Assembly: GCA_001824295.1 (NCBI GenBank)
Contig: MHWY01000002.1
Span: 73,354 to 137,353 of the forward strand
Source of the DNA: Candidatus Zambryskibacteria bacterium RIFOXYD1_FULL_40_13
GTDB taxonomy: Bacteria; Patescibacteriota; Minisyncoccia; Phycocordibacterales; DATDWN01
Length of the DNA stretch: 64,000 nt
Reading direction: 5' to 3'
Positions 57,301 through 64,000 of the stretch are shown here, piece by piece. The notes under the pieces were generated by a model that saw nothing but the letters and a program-made list of their open reading frames with translations, made no database searches and was not told where the DNA came from. The position numbers and the translations under genes were made by a program. Every line of letters begins with the position of its first letter. Position 1 is the first letter of the stretch.

Positions 57301-60043
57301 TTTTATACTTACTTAAAATATTTTCTTCTATCTCCTTCCTGTCCCCACCATAAGTCAAATACGAAAGCTGTCTTAGAGAGTCCATTATTTCTGGATTGCC
57401 CTTTGGGGGAAAACCCTCTTTAAAGTTAAAGGCCTTTGTTGTCTTTCCACCGACAAGCATTTTTATATAGGCACTAAGGTTATCTATATTCATAATATCT
57501 TTTGCTGTAAATACTGGACTGAATTGTTTTTCTAGGAATTCTGCATCTTCTGCTCCAACCCGGAAGGAAACGATAGAGCCCACATTTCCAAAAACAGCAT
57601 CACGAATATCTTCTTGTAGTTGAGCGATAAACTGGTGGGCAATATTTAGTGACAACTTATATTTTCTAGCTTCAGAAAGAATAGTTGAGATTGAGTCTGT
57701 GGTAATGTTCTGAAACTCATCGATGTATAGATAAAATGGTGGAAAATCCTTGCCGAGCGAATCAACGCGAGAAAGAGCGGCCATCAAAATCTTACCCACA
57801 AGAATAAGTCCAATAAGGTTTGCATTTATATCGCCAAGTCTTCCTTTCGATAGGTTTACAAGTAAAATCTTTTTGTTATCCATTATCTCTCGGAAATCAA
57901 ATGATGATTTTTCTTGAGCAATAATCGGACGCATAATATCATTTGCAAGAAAGACATCAAACTTACTTGTGATATAGGGAACAATGTTTGCAAGTGACGC
58001 TTCCCCACCAGCCTTTTCTGCCACCTCTGTCCAAAACTGAACCACCACAGGATTCTTGCATCGAGAAATTTTCAAATCGCGGAAGGCTTTGTTCGTCATA
58101 ACTCTAGAAACATCAAGCAGTGTACAACCACTATCTGGGTCTTCTATGACAAGCATCGTAGCGTTTCTGAAATACTGTTCAAACATAGGACCAAGGGACT
58201 CGGGTACTCCACCATACAACTTTTGGAAGATACTAAACAACTCGTTAACAACAAAGGTCTTCTGTTCTGGGTGTGACCTATCGTATTCAAGCATATTGAG
58301 GGCCATTGGTCTCTCTGTGTGGCTTGGGTCAAAATATATGACATCGTGAAAGCGTTCTTGTGGAATGTTAGCGAGTATATCCTGAACATCACTGCCGTGC
58401 GGGTCAATAAAACAACATCCCTTTCCTGCATTAATATCTTGGATAATCATATTTTTTAGGAATACGGTTTTTCCGGTTCCTGTCTGCCCTATAACATAAA
58501 CATGCCTTAGTCTGTCATCGTCACGCATGTATATCGGTGTTTCAATATTACGATAACTGTTTGTGCCCAGAAATGTACCTTCTGTGCCCATCTCGGCAGG
58601 AGGTGGGGCAAATATGGCCTGGGTTTGTTTAAGCTGTGGAGTTGCATCAAGAGCTGAATTCTGGAAATGAATGACTGATGATATCTCGTGAAGATTGAGT
58701 GGCAGAAGCTGTGTCTCATCATAACTTCTGAAAGAGAAAGCCCTAAACATTTTTTGCAATGCAGTTTTATCAAGTCTCTTTGGTTTAAGTCCATTTGCAG
58801 ATGGGTCTGTAAACTGGTTGAAACTTGATTCCAGTCCACGCAGAATCCTCTCTGCATCTAACCTACTCTGGGCAGAAGCTATAAGACGAATGTTTGTGGC
58901 AACAATAGTACTTGCCATTTTCTGTTTTATTTTCTGTATTGCCTCTGTGTCTATTGGCTTTTTCTCCTCACCTTCCTTTGGGGGCGCTTTAAACAAAGAA
59001 AAAACAGTCTTTTTGAATTCGCCCGTTATTGTTTCTGGTAAATCTACGGCTTCTTTCAATGGCACACCTTTCTCTATCTGATCTATGGCATATTTGTATT
59101 TCTTATGGAAATAGTCCTCTTTTGGAGCAAAAACAATTTGAATCCCAGCCCCCTCTCCATTTTTCTGAATCTTTGAAAAACTATTTAGAATAATGTTGAG
59201 TGGGTCGTGGTCAAAGCTCTCATATGTTTTGAATGGATAAATCGGGTTATTGGTTGACTCCAGGTATGACCCTAGCGAGATACCGTCTTGATTGAATATG
59301 TTGTAATCAGATGTTGCCTCGGTCAGCTTGGCATTACTGAAAACAGCCACGATCTGCTTTTCAAACAAGGCCTTGTAGGCATTTGGAACAGAAACATAGA
59401 AAACAAACTGGTCACTGCCATTTGCGTTGGCAATTTCTAAAACGATATAATTCTTCTTGTAGTTCTTTGTATCATCCTTGGAAATAACAGAGAGCATTCC
59501 AGACAGAAACTGCTCCATGCTGGAAATAAGTTCTTTCAGAGGTTTGCTCTTTTCCTTTCCATCCAAATCAAGGTCCTCCGGCAAGACAACTTCATAAAGT
59601 GTCATTCCGAGTCCACGAAACTCTTCATCTGATATGTTGAGACCCTTCGCATCATAACCATGCTTCAAATACTGAGTAAGGAAACGATGGAAATCATCTT
59701 CTAGATGTGGGTCTTTGAATCCAGCTAAAACTGACATAGTATTTTTTATGCCATTTTCGCTTAGGATGCTCAATAATTCTTCTATTTTCTTGTCATGGGT
59801 TTCTGGCTCAAGATTCAAAACAATTGATTCCATATTGGCCTTGGCCATAGCATAAGTATCATCTAAAACTTGGGTTGGTAAAATGTTTTTATAGCGTTCA
59901 ATTTCCCCCTTAACAACATCATCAATTTTGTAATCTGCCTTAGTCGTGCGAAGTTCAAGTTCCTTATTTGAAATCTGCTCACGCAAGAAAGCTATTTCTT
60001 CCTCTGGACTAGTAAAGTTAAGACCTTCAAGATTTTTCTCCAT
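57293..60043 (-). CDS. Large soluble P-loop ATPase. The C-terminal ~400 aa are VirD4/TrwB/TraD (type IV coupling protein)-like; the N-terminal ~500 aa are unknown.
   Basis: The product has Walker A VIGQTGTGKT and IDPHG...YFDPS (cf. TrwB VDPNGD). LYIDEF...KYKLSLNIAHQF...QLQ matches the TrwB Walker B/arginine-finger region. No N-terminal TM helices are evident. Confidence 0.7.
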   Translation of the reverse strand: MEKNLEGLNFTSPEEEIAFLREQISNKELELRTTKADYKIDDVVKGEIERYKNILPTQVLDDTYAMAKANMESIVLNLEPETHDKKIEELLSILSENGIKNTMSVLAGFKDPHLEDDFHRFLTQYLKHGYDAKGLNISDEEFRGLGMTLYEVVLPEDLDLDGKEKSKPLKELISSMEQFLSGMLSVISKDDTKNYKKNYIVLEIANANGSDQFVFYVSVPNAYKALFEKQIVAVFSNAKLTEATSDYNIFNQDGISLGSYLESTNNPIYPFKTYESFDHDPLNIILNSFSKIQKNGEGAGIQIVFAPKEDYFHKKYKYAIDQIEKGVPLKEAVDLPETITGEFKKTVFSLFKAPPKEGEEKKPIDTEAIQKIKQKMASTIVATNIRLIASAQSRLDAERILRGLESSFNQFTDPSANGLKPKRLDKTALQKMFRAFSFRSYDETQLLPLNLHEISSVIHFQNSALDATPQLKQTQAIFAPPPAEMGTEGTFLGTNSYRNIETPIYMRDDDRLRHVYVIGQTGTGKTVFLKNMIIQDINAGKGCCFIDPHGSDVQDILANIPQERFHDVIYFDPSHTERPMALNMLEYDRSHPEQKTFVVNELFSIFQKLYGGVPESLGPMFEQYFRNATMLVIEDPDSGCTLLDVSRVMTNKAFRDLKISRCKNPVVVQFWTEVAEKAGGEASLANIVPYITSKFDVFLANDIMRPIIAQEKSSFDFREIMDNKKILLVNLSKGRLGDINANLIGLILVGKILMAALSRVDSLGKDFPPFYLYIDEFQNITTDSISTILSEARKYKLSLNIAHQFIAQLQEDIRDAVFGNVGSIVSFRVGAEDAEFLEKQFSPVFTAKDIMNIDNLSAYIKMLVGGKTTKAFNFKEGFPPKGNPEIMDSLRQLSYLTYGGDRKEIEENILSKYKTR

Positions 60044-60066
60044 GAATTTATTATATATTATGAAAA

Positions 60067-60420
60067 CTAACCGACAAAATGATTATAAAAAACCAGAACG
60101 CCAACAGCGAAGGCGCCAAGACAGACTATCAAGACAAACCCAGCCATCGTATCCTTTATTTTAGCTATGATTGAATCGTGCTTTGGCTCAACTTTATTGC
60201 ACAAGTCCTCAATAGCAGTATTGACTATTTCTGCAGTAAGAACCATTACAATTGCAAGTACAGAAAAAGTGGTTTCAATAAATGTGAAGTCAAAAAAAAT
60301 GATACAAAACAGCACAACAGCGCCAGCTAGGATTTCTAGTCTAAAGTTATGCTCTTCCCGCCATGTGGTTTTGAGGCCATTTAGGGCAAATAAAAATGAG
60401 TGATATATTTTAGTTATCAT
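60067..60420 (-). CDS. dgkA: Diacylglycerol kinase family protein (DgkA-like)
   Basis: The 117-aa product has three TM helices and the E...NTAIE...D motifs. Confidence 0.8.
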   Translation of the reverse strand: MITKIYHSFLFALNGLKTTWREEHNFRLEILAGAVVLFCIIFFDFTFIETTFSVLAIVMVLTAEIVNTAIEDLCNKVEPKHDSIIAKIKDTMAGFVLIVCLGAFAVGVLVFYNHFVG

Positions 60421-60424
60421 GCGT

Positions 60425-60495
60425 TTATTATATCAAAAAAGCCTCCAACCGGAAACCGATTGGGGGCGTGGCTTCGTGAGATAACGCCAGCTGGT
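60425..60495 (-). terminator. GC-rich double-hairpin terminator (ggcttcgtg...acgaagcc; ccaatcgg...ggttgg + CTTTTTTG on the minus strand)
   Basis: It lies downstream of the GC-rich Nudix-like ORF. It is followed by a TATAAT-like box and the dgkA start. Confidence 0.5.
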
Positions 60496-60496
60496 G

Positions 60497-61009
60497 CTAA
60501 CCCACGAAGCCTAGTTTCTTAAAGTGTTCATATCCCTCTACAAACGCGCACCGATGCGACCTGTAGAGGTTTGCTACATCATGGAGGTCTTTCACCTCTT
60601 CCCACCTCGGCGGGTAGAGCTTTTGGTCGCCGTCGATTTTGTACTTGCCTCGACGCAGGTTACCTGTGCAGTCACCGAACTTCACTGCATAGAAGTACCT
60701 CTGAATACGACCTAGCCTCGCACGAGAGTAGCACACGAGGTCTACTTTCACACTGGGTCCAACGATAAGCCCAGTCTCCTCCCGAATCTCTCGACGAAAG
60801 GTGGTAACTGGATCTTCATCTTCGGGCTTGGGTGGGAGATTTCTCGTCCCGCCTGGATACATCGGGCGGATTGTCTGGGAATACTTTGGATCCAAGGACT
60901 CTGAATCCTGTATTAGCTGATACAGCTTATACAGGCCAGTAGTCTCATCCAACTTGTAATCCCAGATAATCCCAAAGGATGCCCACTTTTCTGGCTCTTT
61001 CCTGCGCAC
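60497..61009 (-). CDS. GC-rich NUDIX-fold protein, ~170 aa (GTG start with AAGGAGG SD)
   Basis: The product has the Nudix-box-like PEDEDPVTTFRREIREETGL (E-x7-REIREETG). The GTG at 61009 has AAGGAGG 4 nt upstream. The track ORF start at 61084 lies in an AT-rich promoter-like sequence. Confidence 0.5.
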   Translation of the reverse strand: MRRKEPEKWASFGIIWDYKLDETTGLYKLYQLIQDSESLDPKYSQTIRPMYPGGTRNLPPKPEDEDPVTTFRREIREETGLIVGPSVKVDLVCYSRARLGRIQRYFYAVKFGDCTGNLRRGKYKIDGDQKLYPPRWEEVKDLHDVANLYRSHRCAFVEGYEHFKKLGFVG

Positions 61010-61162
61010 TTGGCCTCCTTGGTCTATTCTGGGACACCCCAGATTCCCACATATAAGGATACAATACTTATAATATAAAGTCAATAAGGTAGTTAAATTT
61101 GCTAATTTAGGCGAAATTGCTTTGATTTATATGTGTAAAATGTTATAGTTTTTTAGTTCAGT

Positions 61163-61234
61163 TGGCCCTATCGTCTATCGGTTAGGACGGAGCCTTCTCA
61201 AGGCTCAAAGCGCAGTTCGATTCTGCGTAGGGTC
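61163..61234 (+). tRNA. tRNA-Glu (anticodon CUC)
   Basis: The fold was derived by hand: acceptor stem GGCCCTA/TAGGGTC, a 3-bp D-stem as in tRNA-Glu, anticodon stem GAGCC/GGCTC with loop TTCTCAA (U33, CTC, A37), and T-stem CGCAG/CTGCG with loop TTCGATT. No CCA is encoded. Confidence 0.8.
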
Positions 61235-61544
61235 ACACGAAGCGTAAAGTAGGCAAACTGCTTTGCCTGCAAGCGAGTGTGAAACCGCAGTCATGTCTCG
61301 CCAACAGGCGGACAGACGAGGTGAGGTCGACAAGTACTTACATTTTTTGTGAGCTTCGCGAAACAAAAAATTTAGTAACTTGTGATCACATAGACTCCGC
61401 ATACGAAACATACAAATTATTTGACTCTTTTACTAAGTAAATGGTGACTTACCCTATTTTTCCCCAAAATAGAGTTAGGCATTAGATTGTTTTACCTCGT
61501 CAATACCATTCGCAATTTGGAACCAAAAGAGCTATATTATTCCT

Positions 61545-63119
61545 ATGTCTAGAAAAATAATTGAGAAAATTAAAATCAAGAATTTTAAAAGATTTAAGGA
61601 ATTCGAAATTAAGTTTAATGATTCAATTAATTTATTAATTGGAGACAACGAATCAGGGAAAAGTACAATTTTAAATGCTATAGATCTTGTATTAAGTGGT
61701 AGTAGAAGCAAAGTGGAAAGTTGTGGTTTAGATAACATGTTTAATAGTGAAGCAATAAGAGATTTTTTAGCCTCAGGTAAAAAATATGACGATCTTCCAA
61801 CGCTTTATGTTGAATTATATTTTAATGACCAAACAAATAAAGATCTAGATGGTAAGAATAATTCAGATGGAGTTAAGACACATGGCTTAGCACTTCGATG
61901 TGAGCCAAGAGATGACCTAAGTGGAGAAATAAAAGATATTCTAAAACAGAAAGAGAGTAATTTTCCATTTGAATTCTATTCAATAACATTCAAAACTTTC
62001 GAAGGCAGTAGTTATACTGGTTACAGAAAATTTATGAGTCATCTCCTTTTGGACAGTACAGAAATAAATCATGAATATGCAACCAAATCCTATATCAAAA
62101 CTCTTTACAATAATACTGTTGTTGACGAATCAGAAAGAAATAGACATCAAAATGAATACAGGAAACACAAGGAAGCCTTTAAGGATAGCGTGCTAGTTGA
62201 CCTTAATTCAAGAGTAAGTTCTGACGAATACTCTTTCTCAATTAGAAATAATTCTAAGGCAAATTTAGAAACTGATCTAACAATAAAGGAGGGAGATATT
62301 GATTTAGAAAATCGAGGAAAAGGAAGACAATGTTTTATAAAAACAGAATTTGCACTCCAGAAAAATCAAAAGGAGCTTGATGCAATTCTAATTGAAGAAC
62401 CCGAGAACCATCTCAGTCACATCAATATGAAAAAATTAATTGATATGATAAATAAATCAGAAAATAAGCAATTATTTATCACTACTCATAGTAATTTAAT
62501 TAGTTCTAGGCTTGATCTAAGAAAGTCCATTTTGCTGAATAGTAATAGCACAATCCCTATTCTACTTGATCAACTGCCAGAAGACACAGCTAAGTTTTTT
62601 ATGAAAGCACCTGATAATAATATTCTTGAATTTATATTTTCGAAAAAGGTAATTCTTGTAGAGGGTGATTCTGAGTTTATGTTAATGGAATGTTTTTACA
62701 CTAATACAACCTTCAGTAAACTTGAAAATTCTGATATTCACGTAATTTCAGTAGGAGGTACAAGTTTTAAACCTTATTTTGATATTGCAAAAGAATTAAA
62801 AATAGAGACAGCGGTTATAACAGACAACGATGGAAATTATCAAGAAAATTGCGTAAATAGGTATTCAGGTTACAAAGATACAAACATGGCAATTTTTTCT
62901 GAAACTGATAACAAAATATCAACTTTTGAAATTTCGTTATATCAAAACAATACAAAAATTTGTGATGAATTATTCAAAACAGGTAGAAGAACACTCTCAG
63001 TGCAAGATTATATGCTTTCAAATAAAACAAACTGTGCTTTCGAGCTACTTGAAAAAAAATCAACCGAAATTAAAACTCCAAAATATATTGAGCATGCTAT
63101 TCAATGGATAAAAAAATAA
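61545..63119 (+). CDS. gajA: OLD-family ATP-dependent endonuclease (ABC-type ATPase plus Toprim), GajA-like
   Basis: The N-terminus has IKNFKRFK...LIGDNESGKSTILNAIDL (Walker A), followed by LIEEPENHLSH...FITTHS (Walker B/D-loop). The C-terminal Toprim is VILVEGDSEF...VGGTSF...ITDNDGN. Confidence 0.8.
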   Translation: MSRKIIEKIKIKNFKRFKEFEIKFNDSINLLIGDNESGKSTILNAIDLVLSGSRSKVESCGLDNMFNSEAIRDFLASGKKYDDLPTLYVELYFNDQTNKDLDGKNNSDGVKTHGLALRCEPRDDLSGEIKDILKQKESNFPFEFYSITFKTFEGSSYTGYRKFMSHLLLDSTEINHEYATKSYIKTLYNNTVVDESERNRHQNEYRKHKEAFKDSVLVDLNSRVSSDEYSFSIRNNSKANLETDLTIKEGDIDLENRGKGRQCFIKTEFALQKNQKELDAILIEEPENHLSHINMKKLIDMINKSENKQLFITTHSNLISSRLDLRKSILLNSNSTIPILLDQLPEDTAKFFMKAPDNNILEFIFSKKVILVEGDSEFMLMECFYTNTTFSKLENSDIHVISVGGTSFKPYFDIAKELKIETAVITDNDGNYQENCVNRYSGYKDTNMAIFSETDNKISTFEISLYQNNTKICDELFKTGRRTLSVQDYMLSNKTNCAFELLEKKSTEIKTPKYIEHAIQWIKK

Positions 63120-64000
63120 TATTAGCTGTTGCTGGTTCTGGCAAAACCAGTCTTATAATAGATAATTTAAATTTGGAAAAGAGATTTTTACTAGTTACTT
63201 ACACTATTAGTAATACTAGAAATTTGAGAAGTGGAATTATAGAAAAATTTGGGTACTTCCCAGATAACATACAATTATATTCTTATTTCCCGTTTTTATA
63301 TGGCTTTTGTTTTAAGCCCTTTCTATCATACAAGTTAAAAGTTAAGGGTATATTTTGGGATTTTCCACCTGAACATACTTTCAAAAAAAGAAGAGATGAT
63401 CTTTCTTTTTATTTAACAGAAGGAAGAAGATTATATCACAACAGAATTGCAAAACTATTACAAGAATTAAATGTATTAGATGATATTAATGAAAGACTGG
63501 AAAAATACTACGACTGTTTATTTATTGATGAAATTCAAGATTTTGCTGGGCATGATTTTGATTTATTAAAAAGCCTTGTAAAGGCAAAGCTTGAAATTCA
63601 ACTAGTTGGGGATTTTCACCAACACACCTTTGATACCAGTAGAGATGGTACAACAAATAATGATTTACATAATAATTACGAAGAATATATAAAAAGCTTT
63701 GAGCAAATGGGTGTTAGGCCAGATACAAAACATCTAAATAAAAGTTGGAGATGTACCCCAACAATCTGTAATTTTATTACTGAAAATCTTGATATAGAAA
63801 TTTATTCACATAAAAGTAATACATCTATCGTTAAACTTATCTCTAACCCAAAAACAATTGAAGAAATTTTCAATGACAACACAATAGTGAAATTGTTTTA
63901 TCAAGAAAGTACTAAATACGCATGTTTTTCAAGGAACTGGGGAGATTCAAAGGGAGAAAATCAATTTCAAGATGTTTGTGTAGTGCTTAATAAAAATACA
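63104..64000 (+). CDS. gajB: UvrD/PcrA-family helicase, GajB-like (3' truncated by the window end). Not in the ORF track.
   Basis: The ATG at 63104 overlaps the gajA stop by 16 nt. The product begins MDKKIILAVAGSGKTS (Walker A) and has LFIDEIQD (motif II) and LVGDFHQ (motif III). The frame is open to position 64000. Confidence 0.7.
   Translation, partial: MDKKIILAVAGSGKTSLIIDNLNLEKRFLLVTYTISNTRNLRSGIIEKFGYFPDNIQLYSYFPFLYGFCFKPFLSYKLKVKGIFWDFPPEHTFKKRRDDLSFYLTEGRRLYHNRIAKLLQELNVLDDINERLEKYYDCLFIDEIQDFAGHDFDLLKSLVKAKLEIQLVGDFHQHTFDTSRDGTTNNDLHNNYEEYIKSFEQMGVRPDTKHLNKSWRCTPTICNFITENLDIEIYSHKSNTSIVKLISNPKTIEEIFNDNTIVKLFYQESTKYACFSRNWGDSKGENQFQDVCVVLNKNT

Noticed and set aside
61205-61411. Track ORF overlapping tRNA-Glu on the minus strand
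   Set aside because: It overlaps a well-folding tRNA and has no SD, so it is spurious.
1-64000. Alternative genetic code (UGA recoding, as in some CPR lineages)
   Set aside because: Long housekeeping ORFs (dnaK, rpoA, gltX, asnB) are intact in the standard code and all end in standard stops.

Overview
This is a low-GC backbone (about one-third GC by eye, not computed) whose native genes mostly lack Shine-Dalgarno sequences. Gene content looks like a reduced-genome (CPR/Patescibacteria-like) bacterium using the standard genetic code.

Backbone content: rpsK(3' end)-rpsD-rpoA-rplQ-rplM-rpsI; grpE-(orf)-dnaK-dnaJ; gltX; a partial dcw cluster (mraY-ftsW-murG); asnB; a PBP5-like carboxypeptidase; scpA-scpB; an archaeal-type aspS behind a T-box leader; trpS; lipid-acyltransferase, HAD and histidine-kinase genes; a MacAB/HlyD-like efflux operon; rpmA, rplI, ctpA, cysS, dnaB, recR and rplU; rmuC; yqeY; a large soluble VirD4/TrwB-like ATPase; dgkA; and tRNA-Glu(CUC).

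The window ends in a Gabija-type defence pair. The GajA-like OLD-family ATPase/Toprim nuclease is complete; the GajB-like UvrD-family helicase is truncated by the window end.

On top of the backbone are nine or more GC-richer mini-islands (roughly 50-55% GC by eye). Each is a self-contained transcription unit with a canonical AGGAGG-type SD and a GC-rich stem terminator, and two also have a clear sigma70-like promoter. Most encode small ORFan proteins, six of them missed or mis-framed by the ORF track. Two islands carry a radical-SAM/SPASM enzyme plus P-loop protein, and a ClpP-like peptidase plus ABC exporter.

Two further repeat families are present. A roughly 150-bp conserved element sits after the rpsI and dnaK terminators; its 13-bp flanking arms differ between copies but stay complementary within each copy. 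A 70-125-bp palindromic element with 21-23-bp terminal inverted repeats occurs three times. One copy lies in-frame inside a CDS and one supplies a stop codon.

No CRISPR array, rRNA, transposase or integrase gene was seen.
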